A program made the position numbers and the translations under genes. From a virus (lineage: Duplodnaviria > Caudoviricetes): a stretch of DNA of 55,989 nt. Under the pieces are notes generated by a model. It did not search any database. It was not told where the DNA came from and saw only the letters and a program-made list of their open reading frames with translations. Each line of letters begins with the position of its first letter. Positions within the stretch are counted from its first letter, which is position 1. Below are positions 1 to 8,499 of this stretch, piece by piece. The stretch is from the IMG/VR virus record IMGVR_UViG_3300020450_000029, positions 1-55,989 of that record; one strand, written 5' to 3'.

Positions 1-90
1 GCTGATGATTATGAGTTTTTTGATGCATACGAATATGAATGTAACGCCTATAACAAGGTGTTTGAAGAATTTAAACCCTTATTTGCTTAA
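1..90 (+). CDS. 3' end of hypothetical protein (partial)
   Basis: Open frame ADDYEFFDAYEYECNAYNKVFEEFKPLFA* ending TAA at 88-90. Confidence 0.6.
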   Translation, partial: ADDYEFFDAYEYECNAYNKVFEEFKPLFA

Positions 91-360
91 ACCCTCAGCT
101 TAGAGGAGCCGGAGAAGATGTATTAGCATAACGTAACACCGCAAAAAGCACGAGTAGGTTCTCCCTTAAGAATTGAAAGTTATGGTGAAGCAAGGAGTTA
201 AGGGGCACTTCGGAGAAGTCCGGTCCGGAGTGACGGATGGGGAGATGCAACCTCAAATCGAGTCCATACTTAGAAGAAAATGGATAGACGACAAAGCCCG
301 GCAAAGAAGACCTCAGGCAGAATGGAACTATATGAACCGAGTGTAAGACCTGAGGTTAAC
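91..360 (+). ncRNA. Candidate structured non-coding RNA
   Basis: GC-richer intergenic tract with many complementary pairs (111-116/159-164, 163-169/198-204, 207-211/215-219, 263-267/280-284, 310-317/349-356, 108-112/298-302). Confidence 0.5.
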
Positions 361-378
361 TTTAATTAAGGAGATATT

Positions 379-651
379 ATGATCACACCTGAAGAAATGA
401 AAATTGGTAAAGAATACACTTGTACCTTTACCCTCAAAAACATTCCGTTGGATGAATATAATCGTCCTGGCGGTATGATGAGCTTGGCAGATTTGCCTAT
501 AGTTAAATATGGTAACTACACTAGCACTGGAACTATTACAACTCGCGATTTGCATACTAAATTGTTCGAAGTTAAAGATTCAAAAGTTTCAGGTACTACT
601 AAGACTTATGTAGTTGAATTTGAAAATGTGGAGAATATTAATGGAGTATGA
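379..651 (+). CDS. Hypothetical protein
   Basis: 90-aa ORF with SD AAGGAG. Confidence 0.8.
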   Translation: MITPEEMKIGKEYTCTFTLKNIPLDEYNRPGGMMSLADLPIVKYGNYTSTGTITTRDLHTKLFEVKDSKVSGTTKTYVVEFENVENINGV

Positions 652-850
652 CACTAGACATGGTGGTCCTTACGACCGAGGTGGAGCAGATAGCTATTAC
701 CAAAGAGGATTTGATCCTCACTATTATACTGGTGCAAGCATGCAGTCAGAAAAAATACCAATGGCTCTTATGACACCAGCAGAAATAACTGCATATACCA
801 GAGGGTATAATGATAATGAAGAAGCTGGTGATTTTAAGGATTGGGGATGA
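641..850 (+). CDS. Phage hypothetical protein (HGGPYDRGGADSYY type)
   Basis: GGAG SD before ATG 641; motif recalled from other phage small proteins. Confidence 0.75.
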   Translation: MEYDTRHGGPYDRGGADSYYQRGFDPHYYTGASMQSEKIPMALMTPAEITAYTRGYNDNEEAGDFKDWG

Positions 851-1269
851 TTATAGCGATAGCAAGTGACCATGGCGGTTACATTTTTAAAGATCAAATA
901 ACAAATTTTTTAGTTAGAAAAGAACACACTGTTAAAGACTTTGGTACTTATAGTATTACTAGTTGCGATTATCCTGATTATGCAAATGTTGTATGTGATG
1001 CAGTAGAAAAAAAAGAAGTAGAATATGGTATTCTTATTTGTGGCACTGGAATCGGAATGAGTATGGCGGCAAATAGAAATCCAGCAATAAGAGCTGGTTT
1101 ATGTAAAGATACAGAAACTGCATTGCTTACAAGACAACATAATAATGCAAATGTATTATGTTTAGGCGCAAGAGTCACTAATCCATCTTTAATTAATAAT
1201 ATTGTAGAAACTTTTATTAGCACCAAATTTGAAGGTGGAAGACACGAAAAAAGAATAAAAAAATTCTAA
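847..1269 (+). CDS. rpiB: Ribose-5-phosphate isomerase B
   Basis: ASDHGG, DYPDYA, ICGTGIGMS, RQHNNANVLCLGAR, FEGGRH motifs. Confidence 0.95.
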   Translation: MIIAIASDHGGYIFKDQITNFLVRKEHTVKDFGTYSITSCDYPDYANVVCDAVEKKEVEYGILICGTGIGMSMAANRNPAIRAGLCKDTETALLTRQHNNANVLCLGARVTNPSLINNIVETFISTKFEGGRHEKRIKKF

Positions 1270-1287
1270 AAAAGATGCCGAAAAAGG

Positions 1288-1316
1288 TTGACAATAAGAC
1301 GTCTTGGCTATATTAT
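1288..1316 (+). promoter_or_regulatory. Sigma70-type early promoter with palindromic spacer AAGACGTCTT
   Basis: TTGACA-17-TATTAT; palindrome at 1296-1305. Confidence 0.85.
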
Positions 1317-1351
1317 ATAAGAGTAAGTTAAAAAAACAGGAGTTTTAAAAC

Positions 1352-1747
1352 ATGGCATACATTTCCGCAGAAGACGTTAAAGCAATTAGACAAGAACTTA
1401 AAGCTACATTTCCGAAGTTTAAATTTGGTGTTAAAAAAATGAGTGGTGGTTCTAATGGTGTTGATGTAACTATCAAAGCTGGTCCTACAGACTTTAATGA
1501 TTGCTTTAGGGCTAATGATAATGGCCATGCACAAATTAATCACTATCATACACATATGTATGGTGAGCACAAAGACTTCTTTGATGCGATTCACAAAATT
1601 ATTAAAACTGCTCCTATTAAAGGAGAAGGTTATTGGAAGAACAAAGGCTGGTATGACAACAGTGATTCAATGATTGATTACTTTGACACTGCTTATTATA
1701 TTAGCATGAACGTTGGTAGTTGGAACGTACCTTACGTTCAGAAGTAA
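1352..1747 (+). CDS. Early hypothetical protein, LPD29-like
   Basis: AIRQELKATFPKFKFGV...VTIKAGP pattern recalls the polyvalent-protein LPD29 domain; SD AGGAG. Confidence 0.55.
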   Translation: MAYISAEDVKAIRQELKATFPKFKFGVKKMSGGSNGVDVTIKAGPTDFNDCFRANDNGHAQINHYHTHMYGEHKDFFDAIHKIIKTAPIKGEGYWKNKGWYDNSDSMIDYFDTAYYISMNVGSWNVPYVQK

Positions 1748-1749
1748 TT

Positions 1750-1840
1750 ACTTGGTACCTACAAAGGCGGGCCGTGTCGCCCACATAAGGGTAGGCTAAG
1801 TTACTAGATTAAAACAGTTGCATGCCGAGATCTAGAAGCC
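1750..1840 (+). ncRNA. Candidate small structured RNA
   Basis: Stems ACTTGG/CTAAGT, CCTAC/GTAGG, GGCG/CGCC, CTAGAT/ATCTAG. Confidence 0.35.
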
Positions 1841-1856
1841 AAACTAAAAAAAAATT

Positions 1857-1880
1857 GGAAGGATAATTCCTTCCTTTTTT
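1857..1880 (+). terminator. Rho-independent terminator
   Basis: GGAAGGA/TCCTTCC hairpin followed by T6. Confidence 0.7.
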
Positions 1881-1888
1881 ATATAAAC

Positions 1889-1965
1889 GGCTCCGTAGCT
1901 CAGTGGATAAGAGCAACGGTCTTCTAAACCGTAGGTCACAGGTTCGAATCCTGTCGGAGTCACCA
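1889..1965 (+). tRNA. tRNA-Arg(UCU)
   Basis: Cloverleaf, anticodon loop CTTCTAA, GTTCGAATC, encoded CCA. Confidence 0.95.
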
Positions 1966-1968
1966 ATG

Positions 1969-2053
1969 GCGGGTATGATGGAATGGTAGACATAACGGAC
2001 TTAAAATCCGTGGCCAATATGGCGTGAGGGTTCGAATCCCTTTGCCCGCACCA
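1969..2053 (+). tRNA. tRNA-Leu(UAA)
   Basis: Cloverleaf with long variable arm, loop CTTAAAA, encoded CCA. Confidence 0.95.
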
Positions 2054-2092
2054 TTGGTATAAATAATAAGCGGAAAAAACGAGGAGCAAAAT

Positions 2093-2512
2093 ATGAACAA
2101 TAAAAACAGTTATAAAGCATTTCCCCCGTTTGCAATAATTGAAGTTGCAAGAGAAGGATGGCGTAGTGTAATGACAATTGAACATTCACCATTACGTAAA
2201 CTTGACCCAAGAGTAGCACACATGGTATTTTCAATACTAGGATTTATGTGGAGTGCAATTTTTGGTATTATGATTATGGAAAGTATGACAGCTTTTACAG
2301 TAAGTGCTTTCGCACACATAGTACTGATTAGTGGTTGTGTCATAACATACTTTGTATTCAATGAAGCTGACAAAAGACCAGAAAGTCTTAATGATACAGT
2401 TTTTAGATTGAAAGATGGTTACCATAGTTTTCCAAGAGCAAGACAAAACATGTATGTAAATGGACAAAAAGTCCAACTGGATGCAAATGATCCAGGTGGC
2501 GAACACGAATAA
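2093..2512 (+). CDS. Hypothetical membrane protein (2 TM)
   Basis: SD GAGGAG; two hydrophobic segments. Confidence 0.8.
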   Translation: MNNKNSYKAFPPFAIIEVAREGWRSVMTIEHSPLRKLDPRVAHMVFSILGFMWSAIFGIMIMESMTAFTVSAFAHIVLISGCVITYFVFNEADKRPESLNDTVFRLKDGYHSFPRARQNMYVNGQKVQLDANDPGGEHE

Positions 2513-2539
2513 AATATCAATTAAAAAATAGGAAAATAA

Positions 2540-2749
2540 ATGAAAGCTGGAGACGCATTAATAGAAGCCGCTAAAAAGCAAGCTGAAGGTGAAGTTGCCG
2601 TACACAGAGCAAACATTGAAGTCTACAAGACAATGCCAGCTGGCATCGGAGAACACTCCGATGTCACTGAGGCAGTTATTGCAGAGCTTGATAAATTAGC
2701 CGCCGCTAATGACCGACTTGAAATGATTGAGAAATTTTTTCAATCTTAG
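2540..2749 (+). CDS. Phage hypothetical protein (GIGEH motif)
   Basis: 69-aa helical ORF with SD. Confidence 0.8.
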   Translation: MKAGDALIEAAKKQAEGEVAVHRANIEVYKTMPAGIGEHSDVTEAVIAELDKLAAANDRLEMIEKFFQS

Positions 2750-2811
2750 TTAAATAACATAATTAATATCCTTTTCTGGATACACTCAAATTCTGACAGG
2801 AGAAGCATACT

Positions 2812-3045
2812 ATGGCATTTTACAATGATTTCCAAAGCGAAACCAGACGTGCAGTTATTAATCTTATAGACAGTGAATTTTTACAATGTACTTTTTACGA
2901 ACATGATCAAATTATCGGAGCAATCGAATATCCTGACAAAAGTTATCATTATGTCAGAGATGCCGCTGAAAATTGGATAGAAGGTATAATGACTATTGAT
3001 ACTGTAAAAAATTATACAAAACAACTTGACTTATTCTCAAAATGA
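2812..3045 (+). CDS. Hypothetical protein
   Basis: ORF with SD AGGAG. Confidence 0.75.
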   Translation: MAFYNDFQSETRRAVINLIDSEFLQCTFYEHDQIIGAIEYPDKSYHYVRDAAENWIEGIMTIDTVKNYTKQLDLFSK

Positions 3046-3076
3046 TGCATAATTAGTATTATAAAGGAGAAACCAA

Positions 3077-3274
3077 ATGGCATTAGGAATGTTTATATTC
3101 ATGGCGTTATGGTCAGTTGATAATAAAGAATTCTTAGAAACAGTTAATATTCAACGTGCAGATGGTTTTACTTGGCAACAAATCGAATGTAGAGAAGTCG
3201 ACCCAAAGTTGCCAGCTATAACCATCGACACTCCAACTGGTAAGAGTTTAGTATGCGCCAAACTGACGAATTAA
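3077..3274 (+). CDS. Hypothetical protein
   Basis: ORF with SD AAGGAG. Confidence 0.7.
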   Translation: MALGMFIFMALWSVDNKEFLETVNIQRADGFTWQQIECREVDPKLPAITIDTPTGKSLVCAKLTN

Positions 3275-3417
3275 CAATAAAAGAAGCTGAAGAGGATTTG
3301 ATGCATCATTTCCTCTACAGCCAACCCACCCCAAAACAAAATCCTATCTTACGTTTTATAAACAGAGCAGGCTGGGCTTTTGTAATTTTTGTAATTATTC
3401 TTGCATTATTAGGTTGA
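3253..3417 (+). CDS. Small membrane protein (54 aa, not in ORF track)
   Basis: MRQTDELT...WAFVIFVIILALLG*; C-terminal TM. Confidence 0.55.
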   Translation: MRQTDELTIKEAEEDLMHHFLYSQPTPKQNPILRFINRAGWAFVIFVIILALLG

Positions 3418-3442
3418 CAATAAGACATCTTGGTGTTATAGT
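3414..3442 (+). promoter_or_regulatory. Sigma70-type early promoter with spacer AAGACATCTT
   Basis: TTGACA-17-TATAGT; near-palindrome at 3422-3431. Confidence 0.85.
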
Positions 3443-3473
3443 CAATACATAAGCTAAAAAAGAGGACAAGAAT

Positions 3474-4169
3474 ATGAGTAGACAGAAACCACAATATAAT
3501 TCACGTCAAGTCTTAGAACTAGCTATTGAAGTAGACAAAGCTCAAGGTTTTGTAAAAAGCGGTTTTGGTTACTTTGATAGTATAAAAGATAAACGTATAG
3601 ACGATAACAAAACTTGTATTCTTAATTTTATGCAAGGTCTTCCTGAAGCTGAAGATATTGTTATCAGCAATGAATCCAAAGCTGAAGCTGACAAAATTAT
3701 AGACGAGTTCAAACAAGAATTGGTTGCCAAAAAACTAATGGGTACACTCAATGACTTTGAACAAAGTGTACTAAATGCAATTGGCAATGAAACTACTAAT
3801 AATTTTGGTGTTGCAGTTCTAGCAAGCCTTCCTAATAGTTTTAGAGTTTTACAAAAAAGACAAGGTTTAGATAACTTTTTTGAAGCAAATCGTAAGACAA
3901 GCGAATTTGTTGGAAAAGTTGGCGAACGTTTAAAATTTACAGTAGATGTAAAAGATGTGAAGTTTATTGCCAAATTTAATATTCATTTGGTGACCTGTAT
4001 TAATGATGATGGAAACATTGTTAAGTTTTTCTTCAATAGGGAACCAGATATTGCTGGTATTTTAGAAGGCAAAAGAGTTTTACTTACTGGAAAGGTTAAG
4101 ACACATGATGTCAGCAAATTCAGTAATTGTAAAGAAACTGTAATGAATTATGTCAAAATAGAACAATAA
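3474..4169 (+). CDS. Hypothetical protein, probable C-terminal OB fold
   Basis: FVGKVGERL...LTGKVKTH...ETVMNYVK beta pattern. Confidence 0.7.
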   Translation: MSRQKPQYNSRQVLELAIEVDKAQGFVKSGFGYFDSIKDKRIDDNKTCILNFMQGLPEAEDIVISNESKAEADKIIDEFKQELVAKKLMGTLNDFEQSVLNAIGNETTNNFGVAVLASLPNSFRVLQKRQGLDNFFEANRKTSEFVGKVGERLKFTVDVKDVKFIAKFNIHLVTCINDDGNIVKFFFNREPDIAGILEGKRVLLTGKVKTHDVSKFSNCKETVMNYVKIEQ

Positions 4170-4239
4170 AAAGGTTGACATATCCGCAGTTGATGTTATC
4201 ATGTATATATAAGTTGTTAAAAATAGGAGTGAGAAACTA

Positions 4240-5259
4240 ATGCAGACAACAGAAAAACAAGTTCGTATTGCTAATGGTACGTATAGAAATATTAATGTAA
4301 AGGACGTTGTGTTTCCTTTAGTTAAAGATTACAAGCAAGGTAAAACAGGTAACTTCGTTACAGTTGATGGTAGTGCAGTGCCTGGATTCCCGGACCGATC
4401 CATTCGTGTAAAGGTAGTTGATAAAAGTGAGTTCGACTATATGGAAGACGGTGAGAATGTTGTGACTGGTGAAGCCGCCGAGCCAGAAACAGATGATCAG
4501 ATCATCGATAGGTTGCGGGAGCGATTTGAGATCCTAGAAGACATGACTTATGCTTCATGTGATGGGGTCGTTCGCGGTATGGTAGTTACTGGACCTCCAG
4601 GTGTTGGTAAATCGTTTGGAGTTGAGAAAGTACTCAAAGAAGCTGGCATTATGAAGAAGTTGAGCCAGGATAGCTTGCGAAGGTTTGGAGTTGAAAAAGG
4701 TGCGGCGACACCAATTGGACTTTACCAGTTGCTATATGATTACAGTGCTGATGGTAGTGTGCTAGTGTTAGATGACTGTGATAGTGTATTGTATGATGAA
4801 CTGAGTTTGAACTTGCTCAAGGCGGCACTAGATAGTAGCCCTAAGCGAACATTGAGCTGGAGGTCAGAAAGTAGAGCACTTGCTAATAATGGTGTTCCGG
4901 ATCAGTTCGAGTTTAAAGGTTCGATCATTTTTATTACCAACGTTAAGTTCGAAAGGACACGAGGTAAACTAAAAGATCACCTAGATGCGATAATGTCCAG
5001 ATGTCACTATTTGGATCTTACATTGGATACAATGCGAGACAAGTTTTTGAGATGTAAACAAATTGTAGCTGACGGTATGTTGAATACTTACAAGTTCAGT
5101 GAACAAGAACAGAAAGAACTTATGGATTACATCTACACTAACAAAAATAAACTTAGGGAGATGAGTTTGAGAATGGTGCTCAAAATTGCCGACCTTAAGA
5201 AAATGAATGCTAACAAGTGGAAGAGTTATGCAGAGTCCACTTGTATGAAAAGGCTTTAA
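4240..5259 (+). CDS. P-loop ATPase (AAA-like)
   Basis: Walker A GPPGVGKS, Walker B VLVLDDCD, IIFITN; upstream TTGACA promoter. Confidence 0.85.
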   Translation: MQTTEKQVRIANGTYRNINVKDVVFPLVKDYKQGKTGNFVTVDGSAVPGFPDRSIRVKVVDKSEFDYMEDGENVVTGEAAEPETDDQIIDRLRERFEILEDMTYASCDGVVRGMVVTGPPGVGKSFGVEKVLKEAGIMKKLSQDSLRRFGVEKGAATPIGLYQLLYDYSADGSVLVLDDCDSVLYDELSLNLLKAALDSSPKRTLSWRSESRALANNGVPDQFEFKGSIIFITNVKFERTRGKLKDHLDAIMSRCHYLDLTLDTMRDKFLRCKQIVADGMLNTYKFSEQEQKELMDYIYTNKNKLREMSLRMVLKIADLKKMNANKWKSYAESTCMKRL

Positions 5260-5264
5260 AGAAT

Positions 5265-5392
5265 TCGATAACTGACGACTTACAATATTAAGTTATCGAT
5301 ACTAACTGGTGTACTCCTCTGTCTGCGTCACTCTCACTCACACCAGTTAGGACTTGGAGGGCTAGTAAGAAATCTTACTAGTCCTCTTATTT
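5265..5392 (+). ncRNA. Three-hairpin 3'-UTR element or candidate sRNA ending in a terminator
   Basis: 9-bp stem 5265-5299, 11-bp stem 5302-5350 with pyrimidine-rich loop, terminator 5357-5392. Confidence 0.5.
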
Positions 5393-5411
5393 TATAAGTA
5401 GTACGAAGGGA

Positions 5412-5645
5412 ATGAAATTGACTCAGCCAAATACAACCTTTAAATTATCAATCAGAGATGTAGAAATTATAGAACACGCCTTGAGAGCAAAAGCAGGACG
5501 GAGAGGACTAGCCATAGCCCAAGGTGAAACATCAGCAGAACTTAGAAAAGAAATGCATGAAATACAAGAAGTATTAGGTAGAATATACGAGCAGAAAAAC
5601 TTTTATGCAAAGTTTCCTGATGGAAAAACTTATGTGAGTGGATAA
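5412..5645 (+). CDS. Hypothetical protein
   Basis: 77-aa ORF. Confidence 0.75.
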   Translation: MKLTQPNTTFKLSIRDVEIIEHALRAKAGRRGLAIAQGETSAELRKEMHEIQEVLGRIYEQKNFYAKFPDGKTYVSG

Positions 5646-5813
5646 ATGAGCGGATATACAGAATACGGTTATAGAGGACTAGAAGAGTTAAAGCAAAAAG
5701 AAAGTGAAATAGAAAAACTTCGTGCTGAAATCTCAGAACTAAAGATGCAATTACAAGCTATGGAAAATAGATGTAATGACTTACAAGCAAAAGCTAGTGT
5801 ACCTCGCTATTGA
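5646..5813 (+). CDS. Small coiled-coil protein (55 aa, not in ORF track)
   Basis: MSGYTEYGYRGLEELKQKE...; starts directly after upstream stop. Confidence 0.65.
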   Translation: MSGYTEYGYRGLEELKQKESEIEKLRAEISELKMQLQAMENRCNDLQAKASVPRY

Positions 5814-5838
5814 CAGATTATAAAAACGAGCATATAAT
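5810..5838 (+). promoter_or_regulatory. Sigma70 promoter predicted to give a leaderless uvsW mRNA
   Basis: TTGACA-17-TATAAT-6 nt-ATG. Confidence 0.75.
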
Positions 5839-5844
5839 CAACAT

Positions 5845-7299
5845 ATGAATACAAAACTAATCCTCAAAGATGAGGTCAATTGCAAGTTTGAAGGACTTGG
5901 GTTGTCTACTCGTCGCACTTTGGAAAAGAAATTAAAATTCTTTTTACCTTATGCATATCATGTACCGGCATACAAACTTGGTAGATGGGATGGGTGTGTA
6001 GGATATTTTACTATGGGTGGAGCAACATTTATAAACTGCTTGCCTATAATTTTGCCTATACTAGATGAGGAAAACTATAATATTGAAATAGAGGATAATA
6101 GACAGCCACATGATTTCCGTTTTGATTTGGTAACCGAAGATATGTTTAGTGATAAGGTTTGGCCTGAAAAACATCCTGCGTCAGGTAAACCAATTGTATT
6201 ACGAGATTATCAAGTGGAAGTAATTAACAAGTTTTTGCAAACGCCACAATGTTTGCAGGAGATTGCAACAGGTGCTGGTAAAACATTAATTACGGCGGCA
6301 CTGAGTTATAAGTGTGAACCTTATGGTCGAACGATCGTCATTGTCCCTAACAAGGATCTAGTTACGCAGACAGAAGCGGACTATATTAATTTGGGTCTTG
6401 ACGTAGGAGTCTATTTCGGTGACAGAAAAGAAGCGGGACGAACTCACACCATATGTACTTGGCAGAGTTTAAACATAATGGAAAAAAGATTCAGAGACGG
6501 ACTAAGCGATAGCGGGTTACACGATTTTGCAGAGGGTGTTGTTTGTGTTATGGTAGACGAAGTACACCAAGCTAAAGCAGACGTATTAAAGAAACTGCTA
6601 ACTGGTGCATTTAGTAATATCCCAATACGTTGGGGACTAACAGGAACAATACCCAAAGCAGAACATGAACGACTAAGTCTTGAAATATCATTGGGCGAAG
6701 TAACCAACAGTTTAAGTGCTCATGAACTTCAAGACTTGGGCGTACTAGCCAACTGTGAAGTAAATGTACTACAGTTGCAAGACACAGTAAGTTATGGTGA
6801 CTATCAGAGTGAACTTACATACCTAACTACAAATAAAGATAGATTAGATTACATGGCAGAGCTAATTGCAAAATTAGGCGAAGCAGGTAACACTCTAGTG
6901 CTAGTAGATAGAATTAAAGCAGGACAAGGATTACTTGAAAGACTAGGAGACGAAACAGTTTTTATTAGTGGTTCAATGAAAAGCAAAGATAGAAAAGATG
7001 AATATGACGAAGTTAGTGAAGCCAATAATAAAATTATTGTAGCAACATATGGTGTTGCGGCAGTTGGTATTAATATTCCACGTATTTTTAATCTTGTACT
7101 CGTAGAGCCAGGTAAAAGTTTTGTTAGGGTTATACAAAGTATTGGTAGAGGCATACGTAAAGCACAAGACAAGGATCATGTGCAGATATGGGATATAACA
7201 TCAAGTGCAAAATTTAGTAAGAGACATTTGACTGAGCGAAAGAAATTTTATCGAGAAGCCAAGTATCCCTTTCACATAGAGAAAGTTGAATACCGATGA
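5845..7299 (+). CDS. uvsW: SF2 DNA helicase, UvsW-like
   Basis: LRDYQ, ATGAGKT, DEVH, GLTGT, GINIP, QSIGRGIR motifs. Confidence 0.92.
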   Translation: MNTKLILKDEVNCKFEGLGLSTRRTLEKKLKFFLPYAYHVPAYKLGRWDGCVGYFTMGGATFINCLPIILPILDEENYNIEIEDNRQPHDFRFDLVTEDMFSDKVWPEKHPASGKPIVLRDYQVEVINKFLQTPQCLQEIATGAGKTLITAALSYKCEPYGRTIVIVPNKDLVTQTEADYINLGLDVGVYFGDRKEAGRTHTICTWQSLNIMEKRFRDGLSDSGLHDFAEGVVCVMVDEVHQAKADVLKKLLTGAFSNIPIRWGLTGTIPKAEHERLSLEISLGEVTNSLSAHELQDLGVLANCEVNVLQLQDTVSYGDYQSELTYLTTNKDRLDYMAELIAKLGEAGNTLVLVDRIKAGQGLLERLGDETVFISGSMKSKDRKDEYDEVSEANNKIIVATYGVAAVGINIPRIFNLVLVEPGKSFVRVIQSIGRGIRKAQDKDHVQIWDITSSAKFSKRHLTERKKFYREAKYPFHIEKVEYR

Positions 7300-7799
7300 C
7301 AAAAATATTAACAGTAGACAATACTACATATGATTTAGATTTTGTTCCAGAAGAAATAGAAGATATCAGATATTGTGTATTAGATTACAGCAATCCTAAA
7401 GAAGCAGACTACATATTTGTTCCTTTAGTATTTTTAGAAAGTTTTAATAGTCCAGCCGCTGTTTTGAAAGTAGGACAAAAGCAAGTTAGGGTACCTTTAG
7501 ATTGGAGTTTGATAGTATGTGATCCAAGCATTGGCGATCCAGAAGTGTTGCCTGTTACAAGTTTAAATGATAGAGGCTTTGCGGCATTTGTATTCAATCC
7601 TATTACTGGATTTTTGCCCAGCTTTGAACAAATAGAAATAGTAAACATTTATCAAGAAGTAAAATGGTATTTTCCAAAACTAAAGTTTGGACATATTCTT
7701 GCAGTACCACTAGGACAAAAAGATAATAGTCCATGTGCATATTTTGTTAAGGATACAAATAAAATACCAGATGTATTAAGCACGGAGGATTTATGGTAG
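7296..7799 (+). CDS. Phage protein, possibly a degenerate Hint-like fold
   Basis: ATGA overlap with uvsW; beta-rich. Confidence 0.75.
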   Translation: MTKILTVDNTTYDLDFVPEEIEDIRYCVLDYSNPKEADYIFVPLVFLESFNSPAAVLKVGQKQVRVPLDWSLIVCDPSIGDPEVLPVTSLNDRGFAAFVFNPITGFLPSFEQIEIVNIYQEVKWYFPKLKFGHILAVPLGQKDNSPCAYFVKDTNKIPDVLSTEDLW

Positions 7800-7978
7800 A
7801 AGTAATTGGATATATCTTAGTTGCAGTAAATTTAAGTCCAGCTGGAGATGTTGGTGGCACTGCAATTAATTATTACAACAGTAACGTTGAATGTTACACT
7901 GATGCAGTAATATTAGAACAAGAAGCAAATCCTGGAGTTGGATTTGTATGTTTAGAAGATTTTGTTGTAAAAGAATGA
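7793..7978 (+). CDS. Hypothetical protein
   Basis: GGAGG SD; 61 aa. Confidence 0.7.
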   Translation: MVEVIGYILVAVNLSPAGDVGGTAINYYNSNVECYTDAVILEQEANPGVGFVCLEDFVVKE

Positions 7979-8184
7979 GTGGTCAAAGGCGTTGGTTAAA
8001 ATTATGGAGTAGAACCGTTGGCATGCCAGTTGGTGTCAATGATGAGGACAAACCAGAGTTTTTACCTATTACACAAGATGATGTTCATAAAGCATTATGG
8101 TTCAGAACCTTCTGGATTGTCTTGCATATTTGCACTTGTGGCTTTATAATAGTAGGTAACGGAAGGGTGATGGGACTATGGTAG
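7975..8184 (+). CDS. Small membrane protein
   Basis: MSGQRRWLKLWSRTVGM...; C-terminal TM; ATGA overlap. Confidence 0.7.
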   Translation: MSGQRRWLKLWSRTVGMPVGVNDEDKPEFLPITQDDVHKALWFRTFWIVLHICTCGFIIVGNGRVMGLW

Positions 8185-8363
8185 AAGAAGATCCACTTAA
8201 ACCACAAGACACTTGCAGTATATGTAGTAGTGAATATGACGAAGATGCAGGTGGCATACAAGGCTACTTTGGTATATTACCAGTTACATTTTGTGAATGG
8301 TGTTACAGTAGTATATACGACATGATAGCACAAGACATAAAGAGAAATGAAGAGTATGAGTAA
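8178..8363 (+). CDS. Small zinc-ribbon protein
   Basis: CSIC...CEWC. Confidence 0.7.
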   Translation: MVEEDPLKPQDTCSICSSEYDEDAGGIQGYFGILPVTFCEWCYSSIYDMIAQDIKRNEEYE

Positions 8364-8499
8364 AGACAAAAAAACCAAAGAAGATGCTAAAGCAATAAAA
8401 GAATGGCTAGAAAAAAACAAAGTTACGATTTGCCCTGAGGGAGAATATACAGACCCAGAAGAAATTATTTACATATACAAAGTAGGTAAACGTAAATGA
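8356..8499 (+). CDS. Small hypothetical protein (47 aa, not in ORF track)
   Basis: MSKDKK...IKEWLEKNKVTICP...; overlaps both neighbours. Confidence 0.6.
   Translation: MSKDKKTKEDAKAIKEWLEKNKVTICPEGEYTDPEEIIYIYKVGKRK

Noticed and set aside
95-304. Minus-strand 69-aa ORF
   Set aside because: Antisense to the operon direction, no RBS, overlaps the structured region
207-305. RNase P RNA (GAAGTCCGG...GACAAAGCCCGGC resemblance)
   Set aside because: The 3' P4 strand would need CCGGCUU but reads CCGGCAA, and the two halves are only ~80 nt apart
1844-2234. Minus-strand ORFs 1844-2185 and 2001-2234
   Set aside because: Shadows of the tRNA genes and the plus-strand CDS
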